A stretch of DNA of 64,000 bases from the human T2T-CHM13v2.0 reference genome, Homo sapiens. Location of the stretch: assembly GCF_009914755.1 (NCBI RefSeq), contig NC_060925.1. The stretch is one strand, 5' to 3'. The notes beneath the pieces are model-generated. The model did not search any database and had not been told where the DNA came from. It was given only the letters and a program-made list of their open reading frames with translations. Within the stretch, counting starts at the first letter, position 1. Each line of letters starts with the position of its first letter. Position numbers and translations under genes: made by a program. Of this stretch, positions 51,125-64,000 are shown piece by piece.

Positions 51125-52939
51125 TTAACAAGGAAATGACTAACTTTAAACGATAGTGTCTAATGTCTCAGTTTACAGAAGTAATCTACATAAACTGTTA
51201 CAAAAATGAAAGAACTGAGTACGTGTAAATGGGATAAATGTTTTCGGTAAACTTTTTGTGTAAATTAAAATCCTAAAATTATTTTTGATGCCCATGGAAT
51301 ATCTGGGTCATTTCCAATTCAGAAAGGGTTGTGATATGGGGAAATGCATTTCTGAAATTTTGGAATTATTCTTATCTATAAATGTTCATATCTGAGAGTT
51401 CAAGATTTCTTGCTTTTTGGGTTTCACTAAAGTTTTAGGTTACTAAGAATAAGAATTCTAGTTAACACATAATTCTGTAGACAAAATGTGCCAGAAAGCA
51501 TTCTTTTATTTGTGAAAAAAAAAGAATAATTTTGTCTAATTCAGAAGTTATCTAAAAGTTAGTTCAAATTACAAATTTACAAAGGTTGTTTATGAAACAA
51601 TGTAGTAAGGAACCAGTAAGGAGGGGAGAAACATGTGAAAAAAAAAGTTTAAATAATAAAATATTATTTAAAACCCGATAGAGAATTGGAGACATTTGGC
51701 TAATTAACATTTTCATAAAGTTCTTAGTTTTGATTAAAGCAAAATAAGAAATATTGTTGGCAGTTTGGAAATTATTTTTTAAATATAGTTAAACATGAAA
51801 CCTGATTTAGTGTGGAGCCAAATTTCACATACATACTTGCGTTGCTTTACACTATGTTTACTATTTTGCGTGGATAGTGCTGGCACTGGAGTACTTATTG
51901 GGCATATGCCTAGAGTGAATTTCTTGATTGCACAGGATGTATGGTGATATTGGTTGACTTAAGGATATTGAATTGTGTATCAGGAATAAAATATTCATTA
52001 TGTGTGTTTTGTGGGGCCCTGGGTTACACTGTAGCCTCCAGGATAGATTGAGTAGAAAAAATTTAGGGTTGGTTTCCTGTTTGTCTGTGCTTCTAATTTT
52101 CATTTGTTTGCTGTTTACTATCCTGAGTTTTGCTTACATATGCATATATATAAAGCCCTAATTTTTTTTAGTTTCCAGTGGAAGGCTTTTATTTAGTTCT
52201 ATTAATAGCCATTTTGTTTCCTATGCATATCTAGCAAGTCACTATTTGTTTCATTTATCTTGAATTCCTAGACTACTTTTGTCAGGCCTGCAGAAATTGA
52301 TGGAGCACATCAACTTTCTAACCTTAAGCTAAATTTTTGGAAATTAGGATTCCTGATACTTTACATGTGTTGAGTATACTTTCATAAAAAGAATTTGAGT
52401 CATATTTCTCTCTCTACCTAATTTCTCCAAAATTTGTAAACTATTTGTGAATATTCTTAATTCATGGCAATGTGTTTGTTTGCATACAGTTGAGCAGAGT
52501 TGCAAGGGCTGCTAAGGGACAGGAACCCAGAAACCTGACATGCCGGCAATAGGGTAAGAATTCTTACCAGTCGGACTTCTGGCCCCTCTCTCTCTGAGCA
52601 AACCAGTTGAATGATTGGTAAAAGATTATAAGAAGTCATGGGAATGTAAATTCTTGTAAATCTTTAACATATTTAATAGGCTTCCCACAATCAAATTTCA
52701 GCTTTAAAATAGACTTTTCTGATCTCTAACTTTGCAGTGCTACAGAGGGCCCCTGAAGCATTGAAAAGAGAGGTAAATAGGATTATTTGACATGTTTAGT
52801 TACATGGGAAGTACTGTCAAAATAAAAAATAATATTTAATTATCTTCAGGTTATATTTTAGTGAATGATATTAATATATGTTCCAAAATTGTATGGGATT
52901 TCTAAAATTCTAATATGTCTGTGTATATGCTCCACAGTT

Positions 52940-53400
52940 TGGAGAAAAAGAAGTAATTATTAGAAATGTGTCCCTCATGATAGGCTGTATACCAGATTCT
53001 ACTATAAAGGCTATAGTTACACAACAGACTTTAAATTATTTTGTGAAAGTTATGATAGAATTGGCTGAACAGAGAAGTATTTGTACAACTGCTGGCACTT
53101 GTGGCCTACGGATAAATATATCAAATGAAGATTATAGAAATTCAGTTGTAGGGGATTAATGAGGAGACTCTTTAGTTAAGTGAGTACACTCTTTATCTAG
53201 GTCACCCTTTGATCTATTTGATTTTAGGTATTTTGGTTTATGGGAACACTCATCCTGATAGTAATAATAATAGGCTCCCTGGCATGCTGTATTCTCTCAA
53301 AGGTTTTAAATGTTTGCATGCAGCCATCTCTAGAATGTCAAATGGTCTCTATTCAACTGGAATAACAAGAGCTGAAAGAAATGTGCAACCATGAGAACAC
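52940..53400 (+). pseudogene. Degenerate retroviral env TM-subunit relic inside the MER51 internal region
   Basis: ORF 52968..53159 (..QQTLNYFVKVMIELAEQRSICTTAGTCGLRINIS) resembles the gamma-type TM pattern QQ.SL.SLA.VV.DNR.ALD.LLAEQGG.C......CC.WIN.S, with deletions. Confidence 0.55.
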
Positions 53401-54999
53401 TGTAACCCATGAATGACATGCTGAGACCAGAAACCCAAAATGATGATAACTGAGAGTGGAGCTAAGGCCCTAAGTTTTGGTTGCACTCTCACCTAAGTGA
53501 GCACCTGACCAAAAAGGGAGAATTTTTTTAAACAAAATTATGAGAGGCCATTGTTTTGGACTGAGCTCATGCACTAGGCCCCAACAGACCAAACCAAACC
53601 AAAATGGAGTCGCTTATGCTGAGACTTTAAGGAAACACATAGAACCTAGAACAGACCAAGTTTTGTTTTTCTCCTGCAAATCTCTATAACAAACATTCCT
53701 GACAGCATAGGTATCTATCTCCTGAAGTTTCCATTAAATCTTGTAACCAAATTCATTTCCTCTTGCCTAGAGACAATAAATCTTCAGATGATCATGCGAC
53801 AAGGGTTCCGGCCAGCTCCAGGTGAAGACACCACCACTGGTTATCAAGGAGCTACCCTGCCTCCACTAGACAAAGCAGGGCAAGGGTTCTGTGATCCCCA
53901 GTAGGTAGGGACTATGCTCCAAGGCAGCATGAAGCAGTACAGAAGACCATCTATGCCTCTGCCTCCCATAAAGATTTATGGGGATCACTACTTTCAAGGG
54001 GGAAATGAGGCAGGAGAATAGGGCCTGGAGGCAGAGAACCTAAGGACTTCCTAGAATTAAATCAAACAAAAACACTTCAGCTATGACAGGAAATATCCTC
54101 TTCTTTTACACAGGGCATACACCAAGTAAATGACTTTGTAACTTCATTTTAGCCTCTTCATCTACATATGGCATACAGCAAGTAACCAATGGAAACCTCT
54201 GGAGGGTAATTAAACCCCAGAAAATTCTGCAACCGGGCCCTTGAGCTGCTTGCTTGGGCCACTCCCACCCTCTGGAGCGTGCTTCTGTTTTCAATATGTC
54301 TCTGCTTTTGTGGCTTCATTCTTCCTTTGCTTTGTTTGTGTGTGTTGTCCCATTCTTTGTCCAAAATGCCAAGAAGCTGCACACCCACTAGTAACATAAG
54401 CAGTAAAATAAAAAATAAAAATAAAAATTAGACTGAATAAAAATTTTAAATCTTTGCAGTTCAAAATAAATCAAGAAAGTACAAAGAAATATACATAGAG
54501 GTGCATATTAATCAGGAATGCTTGCCCACATGTACCCAGAGACGTATAAAATAATATTTATGGCAGCATTTATCATAGGTGCTACAAACTGGAAGCAACT
54601 CAAACAGTAGAATGTGTAACACATTGTGGCATATTTACACATTGGAATACTGTGAAGCAGTAAAAACAAATTACCTATAGTTTTATACCTCAAAACATAA
54701 ATTTTGAATGAAAGAAGCCACACATAAAATAAAACATACTACTTAATTCCATTTGCTAAAAGTTCAAAATCTGTCAAACTAGGCTATAGTTATAGAGATT
54801 AACATGTGGTCACTGTTGGAGCAAAAGAAGGGGGTAGTACCTGCCAGGGGCAAGAAAGGAACTTCTAAGATCTGAAAATAATTTATTCCTTAACCTAGGT
54901 AGTAATTATAAGGACATTTGTTTTGTGATAATCCATTGTACTACACAAGTATATTTTTAGCATTTTAGTATGGGTGCTACTTCAATGAAAACAAAACTG

Positions 55000-57900
55000 A
55001 TTTTAAAGTATATATCAGCCAAAATAAAGAATAAAAAACAGAAAATTCTGGTACACTAATACTATGTATTAGTAAGTAATAAGCTAAGTAGTGTACTCTT
55101 TAGTAAGCTATTTTTACTAAAACTAAACTTAAAACTAATAATAAAACAATACTAAACTATCAATTACTACCAATATCAACTAATTATGCTTCAGATGTAG
55201 ATAAAATAATAGTAAACAGTGAAACAATTCAAATATTTTTATTTTAATTGTTCTAAATCCAGTCTCAAATAGTATGCAAATGGTATTAACAATAATTTTG
55301 AGACGATTATGTAAAATACATATAATTTATTTTTTAAAAGTGTAAAATCCCAAATACCAACAAATACTAAGAGATTGGAGGGAAAGGTATTGAGAAGTGT
55401 CATCGTGCTAACCAATTCATCTTGCCTAGTTGCAAAAGTCAATCAAGAATTATTGATCCTATTTTTTCTTAACTTGTGAAATATTTAAAGGAAACATATT
55501 TTTAAAAAATCTAGCTATATATTGTTTACAGGAGATATACTATAATAAAATGACTCAGGAAAGGTACAATAAAAGGCTTGGGCAAAATACATGAGTGAAT
55601 GTAAACAAAATAAATTTCAGAAAATAAGCAAAGTAGAATATAGGCAAAAAAAGTTTAATCATTTACAAATCATTCTATGTTAGTAAAGACTTTACTCCAC
55701 AGTGGAGATATGTCAGTCAGAACTGTCTACTGAATAATAAAATCAAGATATATGAGGGTAAATTTGACTGAAATTTAAAACAGATATTGATAGAAATAAA
55801 GTATTAGCCTAACACCACAAGAGCTATTTTAGTTCTTAACAGATAATAGAAAATTAAATAACACTGAAAATAAATATATACTGAATCTAATACCCTAGAA
55901 AAAGTACCTTCTTTTCCAGAATTCATGATATATGTATATAAAATTGATAATGTGTTATGCTTTAAAGAAAGTCTCAATAAATATCAGTAAATTAAAATTA
56001 TTCAGGCAATTTTGACAATTACATAAGAATAATTAGAAATTAATAGCAAAAGTAAAACAAAATAAAACAAGACATAATTTGAAAGAAAACGCTGGCAAGT
56101 AATTCAAACCAAAGGAGAAAAATCTTAACTGTAACTACAGGGAATTTAGAGTATAATGAGCATGAGAACACTGTACCTTAAAAACTTACAATGAGACTTG
56201 ACCAAATTAGTAATTAGAGGAATACTTACAATCATAAAAAAAGAATAAAGGATAATAAATAATATGAATAAAAACTCAAGAAACAAGAAATCTAACCTAA
56301 GGAAAGGATAAAAAATAAAAGTAGAAATTAATGAATTTATAAACCAAAAATTGTAGGCTTGATAAATGAATCTAAGAGCTGATTCTTTAGCGAGCATAAA
56401 GTAAGTAAAATAAACAAGACTCTAGGTTATTAATATGGCTTAAGCTCAGTGTAGCCTGTATTCTCAAATTAATTGTTATTTATATACTGTAAGACAAGAA
56501 GTTTATGCAAGAATGTAAATTGACTAAGTCACTAAACACACTGTCGATGTTCACTAACTTTTTGCTTTTGTAAGTCTTTCTTGAAGCAGTGCATTGATTT
56601 ATCTCCTGGTGCAAGCTGCTGAGGACTGGTTGAACTAGCTCTGCTATTAATCTAAAATAGAATGCACAATATACAAAATTAATAAAGAACAAAGGGATTG
56701 TCTTTTTGATACAGATAAAAAATTTACGATGTAATATTAGTTTAATATATAATGCTAGATTAAAATGTTTCAAACTCATATAAATGAATAATCTTCAAAA
56801 GAAAATAATAAATTGACATGCATAAACATATAAAGCCTATAAAATGAAGTGTTTAATAAATAAAAATTATCTCCAAGAAAAAAAAACTGTCCTCACATGG
56901 TTGCCTAGCAAATTGGTGTTAGCCTTCCATATACGAATAATTACCATATTATGTACATTGTCCAGAGTATAAAGTAAATAGGGCAACTTCTTCATAAACC
57001 TGATAGCAAAGATAGCATAACTTTGACATGGTGCAAAAAATTAAGCAGCAAACCAATCTTAGGTACAATAATCTTAGTTATAATTTTAAATGTAAAAGCT
57101 CTAAACAAAATTTTAAGAAATAGAATCCAACCTTTATACATATCACCACCAAGAAAGCTTTAATGTAGAAATATAAATATAGTTCAAATAGAAAATCTGC
57201 TAATATCATCCATCACAGAAATATATGAAATGAGGAAACCATATTATTATCTTAATAGATTTCAAGAATGCAGTCAATAAATCAATAGTATTTTCTGATT
57301 ACACACACACATACACACAAGCATACATGCATACAAAGCTATCTAGAAAGATAAGAATATTTCTTTAATGTGATATAGAATATGCTCCTCAAAACAAGAG
57401 CCAGCATCATATTCAAGGATGACACACCAAAAGAACAACTGCAGTCACCACTTGTATTGGAAATTGTTCTGAAAATACAAGACAACTCAGTAAATGAGAA
57501 GAAAAATATTGGAATATTTATAAGAAAGGGAGAAGCTATATTATGTTATCATTTTGGTTCTTTGATTCTTTACTTGGACTGATATGAGAATCCATGAAAT
57601 ATTTAGAATGAATGAAGGTTTAGCAAATGACTGAAATTACATTGTGTATGAACTATTAAAAGTATAACTATATAGTTTTCCATATAACATATATGTAAAT
57701 AAAATATATACAACTATTAACTAACTAATATGCCAATAATAATAATTTGGAAAATATAGTGGAAAAAATAACATTGCCAATAATAATAAAATATGTAACT
57801 AGAAATTAACAACAAAAATTGTGAGCCCATGTGAAGAAAATTTCACCATAAGATACCAAAAAAGTGAATAAATGGAGTCGTTCTTTGTTATAAAGATGTA

Positions 57901-58975
57901 ATTAACCCATAATTAATTGATGGATTTAATAAAATTTTATTTTTTGGAACTGTGAAAATACTCCTAATTTCATCTATAAGAATAAATTTGATAGAAAAGT
58001 CAAGCAAAAGATTATCTTAACAGGCTCTATTGAAAAAGAAGAGTAATAATTGGAGGCTATTCAAGGGAAATTTTGACAATCCTTAAAAGCTACAATAATT
58101 AAATAGTGTGGTTTTGATATCTGAATATAAAGAAGCATTAGTGGAGCAGAAGATAAAGATCCGCAATACAGCCCAAGCACATAAGTACTGAAAATACTGT
58201 AAGTTGGCATTTTTTCAATATGGTAGGGAAAGATGGCTTCATCTGTATAATAGACAGAGACACATGGTGATCTAGCACCAAAAAAAAAAAAAAAAAAAAA
58301 AAAATCACATTAGAGTATTACTTCACACCATATGTCACAATCAAACTGTGAAAATAACAAACAGTTAAATAAAAACCTAAACCCATAAGAAAAAAAACAA
58401 CCGTAGAAGAATAATTTTATAATCTTGAGATAGGGAAGACTATGAGCATGACACAATAGCCAATAAGTATACAGAAAACTACATTTTACTTCATAAAAAA
58501 TAAAATAAAATAAAAGACAAATCTGCAATTTTTAAAAGCTAATAACAAATGGGAGAAAATTTTGGAAAAATATGTGAGGAAAAAATGGTTTCTATTGATA
58601 ATAATTTTTAAATCTTAAAAGAAAAAAGATAGAAAAATATAGAAAATATATTCATTAAATTTGCCAAAGAAGAAATATAAATGGACTAAAAATATATGAA
58701 TAGAGTTTAGATTCACTGGTATTCAAAGAATTGCTGATTAACAAGAAAATGGAATATTTACTAATATTTGCTAATATAAACTCTTTTTTGCTAATGTAAT
58801 TAGCAAAAAAAAAGAAAAGAATATCTTCAAACATTTTTTATAAAAATAAAAATCTATCTCATTATTCTAGGAAATGTTATATTGAAGATCTGAATAGCAT
58901 TTCTTCAAATGCCTTTGACTCAAGCCATAAAGAAATAGAAATATACAAAGTTACATGAGGATGTTTTTGGTCATT
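55000..58975 (+). mobile_element. Highly decayed L1ME-like ORF2
   Basis: A-rich sequence with colinear ORF2 relics (tattgtttacaggagata, gaaagtctcaataaa, tcttaatagatttcaagaatgc, aaagctacaataattaaa, cttcacaccatat). Confidence 0.65.
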
Positions 58976-60639
58976 GTCTCCCATTCCCTATCCAGCATCG
59001 GTGATAATGCTTTATCAATTGAAATGCATGAACATTCATTACCATCCTAGGAACTGAAATGTTTCCCCAAATTTCTCCAAGTTTCACTATAGATCAATTC
59101 CCAAGCAGTACACTGTATTAATGGAGTTCCTTCCAGGCTTCTTCATACCTGTGATTTGATTAGACTTCATGAGATCAACACAATTACTTTGTTTAAAAAA
59201 ATTTTACAACATGGCAGTTTCTTTTTCTGAATCCCACCTTAAAAAGCCAAAGGGGAAGGAAAGAGACTTGGGAAGGAGTTTTTGCAAATTAGTCATCACA
59301 TAAAACTCACCTTAGTGGGCCACCTCGCATAGGAAAGAGTAAAGAAGAAACACATATTCTCCATAGATGACAAGCATTCTGGAACCTGTTTCTTTACTAC
59401 AGTGCCTGGAGACATCTAGAGCAAATTTGATTTTTCTTTTCTTCTGATACAGGTTAGTTTTGTGACTTTTATTTCCTCGAAGACTTTAAGGCTTAATGGT
59501 ATTTTGAATTTTTCATTTATACCATATAATTGCATGACTAGGGAAATATATTTGTGTTTTATATATGCAGTCAAAAGAAAAAGGCTAATTAGTATGAAAT
59601 ATTCACAAGGGATCAAGAATTCATTGAAAGAACAACTCAAGTATTTCCAGCAGGGCAGAAGACGGGTTGGGGGACAATGTCTGCTGCAAGTACGGAGAGG
59701 GATTTGGCCCACGGGGATTTCATTTGGGTTTGTTTCAGATAAGGTGATAAAGGGACGGAGTTGATTGCAGACTGAAGTTTAAGGGGAGCTTCTGAAGGAG
59801 CAAGAGGATATGAGTGATCAATGACACATCTAGATTATAAAAATGTGAATTGTGTTAATAGCTTTTCTATTTCACCAGCCAAGGAATTCAAAACCCTAAA
59901 GAAAAGCATTTGACAACACATTTTTGATATTCGAAAGCTGATTTCTCAAACAAAAGTATATATCCAAATGGCATTTTAAAATAGACACTGACTATATCGG
60001 TCTACTTTTCAAATTATTAATTGCAATATTCTTTATTCATGTGTTTCTGTGATTTCATTTGCCTTGTTAATATATTCTGCTACTGTGTGTTCCAAGTGTT
60101 AGCTGACATTACAATCCCGAATACTTGGAAGACCTCTGCATCAACAGGTATACTCAGGAGGGATTATTTTGGTATTATTTGCTGTTGTATTAGTTAAACT
60201 CTTTGCTTATTAGCCTCTGGATACACTTTCAAGTAGCAATGTATCAATGGTACAAGGTTATGCTAAAAAGCCTTAAGTTAAAGAAACTTACCAAGGGACT
60301 CTAGATCTAAAAATAGTCTCATATTTTAATAGCTGTGGTAATCCACTATAGCACAAACTTGTTAAAGTGCAGTACAGAATTCTACTCAGTTTCTCTTTCA
60401 ATTCAGGGCAGAGAGCAAAGATATAGGGAGACAATCATCGGATGATAAATTAAGGAGACATTAGCTTAAGAAAAGTGTATTACCTTCTGGTTCAGCTGAG
60501 TGGTGGATGGTGAAACACACCCTTGCAGAGTAGATAGAATACAGAGAAAAGTAGTGTCCCCAGAGATACTTACAGGTAAGTGGCATTTCTGAATACCTGT
60601 CGATACTGTAGAGTCCATACATTTTCTTTGCTTCATCCT

Positions 60640-61444
<805 letters not shown>

Positions 61445-61752
61445 CTAGCAGAATATTAATCTCTTGTATGAAGGCAGTTAGATAACTGTTCTAAAAACCA
61501 CTTATGTGGCTTACACTGTGCCTCATGCAGAGTGTAATGAGTGATGCTTGATGAAATGATTTGTTGGGGTTTCCTCCTCCCCTACCTCGCACTTCAGACC
61601 CTATGTCATGGGGGAAAATATAGGGATTCCCTGGCCTAAATAAACTGTACAAAAATACCCAACATGAGTGTTTCAACAAGCAGATAGTAGTATTGGAAGG
61701 AATGCAGACTCAGTTTGGGCAAAATCTGTGTATGGAGAGGTTTTTCATGGGT

Positions 61753-61772
61753 TGTGTGTGTGTGTGTGTGTG
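61753..61772. repeat. (TG)n microsatellite
   Basis: Read directly from the sequence. Confidence 0.9.
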
Positions 61773-62089
61773 CATATGTGAATGTATGAGGTAGAAGGAA
61801 GGTATCAAAAAAGAAATGTAAAAATGAAGTCATATGGCCAGAAGCATTTTAAGAGTCAAAACTTGTATTGAAAACAATCTACTTTGTACTTGAAAATGAG
61901 AAATAGTTGTGTGAGGTAGGCTTTTCCGTCACTCTAAGAGCCTTTGAAAGGCATAAAAATGTTGAGTAAGACATTCCTTAAATGCACTAACCAGCAATTT
62001 TAGGAAAAAAAAAGAATGCTCTTGGATGATAGAGAAAAATACATGGCAATACAAATCTGATTTTATATTAAGAAGTTTCCTGATGTCAG

Positions 62090-62229
62090 AAACAATGCCA
62101 GGAAAAAGAATTGCAGTGATTGGCGCTGAAGTCAGTGGATTAAACGCTATTAAGAGCTGTCTGGAAGAGGGACTGGAGCCCACCTGTTTTGAAGGAGGCA
62201 GTGACATTGGAGGAGTATGGAGATATGAG
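62090..62229 (+). pseudogene. First coding exon of a flavin-containing monooxygenase (FMO) unprocessed pseudogene; likely a member of the FMO7P-FMO11P cluster (FMO8P or FMO7P is my guess, as no other FMO exon is evident in the 62 kb upstream)
   Basis: ATG at 62095: [45 protein letters not shown] (45 codons). Acceptor tttcctgatgtcAG at 62088-62089 and phase-0 donor GTAAGT at 62230, as in FMO exon 2. The GAGVSG motif reads GAEVSG. Confidence 0.9.
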
Positions 62230-62359
62230 GTAAGTTTGAATGGTCTTATGTTTTTATGTATATGTGACTTCCACAACTGAGAAATAGAAATATAAGAATC
62301 GCAGCACTAATTTATCCTTCAATTATCAGAATAATAATAAATATTTTTACTAATGTCTG

Positions 62360-62900
62360 CACCTGTGTGTTGAATCTCATTCTCTTCTTTTCCTCAAGGT
62401 TAATATTCAGTCCATCCTTCTTCCTTTGGGAGTCCAGCTTCTTGAAGGAAGAATGTATGCTTGCTCTCAGCACTTTCTCACCTCCCGCCACATTTCAACC
62501 ATTGCTACATGATGGACATCCCCAGCACTTCCTGAAAACTGTTCTCATTGCTGTTTCCAAAGGTGTCAAATCAAGTGGACCTTCTGGCCTTTTTGCTTTC
62601 TCAAGGAGAGCTAATTATGTTAAAACCCAACCAACCTTCTTAAAAAACATTCGTCCCTAGCTTCTACAATTTCACTCTCTTTTCTTCTCTGCTTTTCCTC
62701 TTCAATATTTTTCCACTTGGCCTCTAGATGTGGCTGGCTGTAGCTTTATTTCAATCTTCTGTTCTTTTAACTTTTTGCTCATTCCTTAGGCTATCTCCTT
62801 ATCCCTTCTTGACTTCAGCTGCCATATATGCTAATATATAATCTTTAGATCTTTATCTTCAGCCTAACAACGTATGTATGCTAGAGCAACTAACACTAAG
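62360..62900 (+). mobile_element. L2 fragment
   Basis: cagcacttcctgaaaactgttctc..caaatcaagtggac..ttttccacttggcctctagatgtgg. Confidence 0.55.
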
Positions 62901-63391
62901 GGTCTCACAGACAAATTCTCAAACCTTAAGAGGTTAGCATAATAACAATAGAAGATATGATTAAGTAGCCTTTCTCCAACTTTAACTTATACCCCTGGAC
63001 CATATAGCCTCCAAGGGTGCCACAGAAGGGAAAAGAGAGAAGGTGGAAGGCTACTGACCCATAACTGCCTAGGGCTAGCCTAGAGGTGGGGTGGCTACCT
63101 GATTTTGCTAATCTCTAGGATGTTCCACCAACACCTCATTAGCTTTTGAGGTCTTTTATTATCTGTGAGATCAATTCCCTGCATTACCTTCCCTGTCTCA
63201 AGTTAAGAGTAGTTTCCATGTTCCTGGTTGATCCCTGAGTGATACAGACACATCTCCAGGAAGGCTTTCCCAACACCACCTGCCTCCAGGTCCAAAGCAC
63301 CCTATGGACACACCACTATTACATCTATCTCACTGCATGTGATTGCTGATCTCCTGTGTTAGGTTTTCAAAGCATTTTATGTGAATTATTT

Positions 63392-64000
63392 TATCTGGGG
63401 AAATTCAGCCAGATATCGGGTGAAATTCACTCCTGATATTTCACATAGGTTCTTTTCTATTTTCCCTACGTGTCAGCTGGTCTGAGAAATAAAGGGACAG
63501 AGTACAAAAGACAGAAATTTTAAAGCTGGGTGTCCGGGGAAGACATCACACATCAGCAGGTTCCGTGATGCCCCCTGAGCCGTAAAACCAGCAAGTTTTT
63601 ATTAGTGATTTTCAATAGGGAAGGGAGTGTACGAATAGGGTGTGGGTCACAGAGATCACATGCTTCACAAGGTAATAAGATATCACAAGGCAAATGGAGG
63701 CAGGGTGAGATCACAGGACCACAGGACTGGGGTGAAATTAAAATTGCTAATGAAGTTTCGGGCACGCATTGTCATTGATAACATCTTATAAGGAGACAGG
63801 TTTTGGGAGCAGACAACCAGTCTGACCAAAATTTATTAGGCAGGAATTTCCTCGTCCTAATAAGCCTTGGGAGCACTATGGGAGACTGGGGCTTATTTCA
63901 TCCCTACAGCTTTGACTATAAAAGACGGCCATCCCCCAAAGCGGCCATTTCAGAGGCCTACCCTCAGGGACACATTCTCTTTCTCAGGGATGTTCCTTGA
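63392..64000 (-). mobile_element. MER11 (HERV-K11/HML-8) LTR, runs off the window
   Basis: ggggaaattcagccagatatcggg..gagaaataaagggacagagtacaaaag..gtgggtcacagagatcacatgc..cctcagggacacattctc. Confidence 0.88.

Noticed and set aside
56465-56645. Less A-rich insert within the decayed L1ME
   Set aside because: Probably a small DNA-transposon fragment, but I cannot assign a family or termini.
62026-62280. 84-aa ORF as a stand-alone small protein
   Set aside because: Only 62095-62229 is FMO-like; the rest is intronic read-through past clear splice sites.

Overview
Primate (human-like) genomic DNA, mostly interspersed repeats (Alu, L1, L2, MIR, MaLR/ERVL/ERV1/ERVK LTRs, MER DNA transposons). I find no intact protein-coding gene, and the supplied ORFs are nearly all repeat-derived. 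The only gene-derived sequence is the first coding exon of a flavin-containing monooxygenase (FMO) at 62090-62229 (+). It has intact splice sites but a Gly->Glu change in the FAD-binding GxGxxG motif, which fits the FMO7P-FMO11P pseudogene cluster (member not identifiable here). The notable structures are: (1) a ~15 kb nest in which an ancient MLT1 provirus contains a MER31/MER67-type LTR, which contains two opposed MER4A1 proviruses, one with a tandem shared-LTR structure; (2) a full-length L1PA7-like element whose target-site duplication also encloses a downstream L1PB fragment, i.e. a probable ancient 3' transduction; (3) an open ORF0 homologue in that L1's antisense promoter region, pointing toward the FMO exon; (4) a MER51-type provirus whose two LTRs differ by one 56-bp repeat unit. 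I see no evidence of a new multi-gene system. Repeat subfamily names come from recalled consensus sequences and need RepeatMasker/Dfam confirmation.
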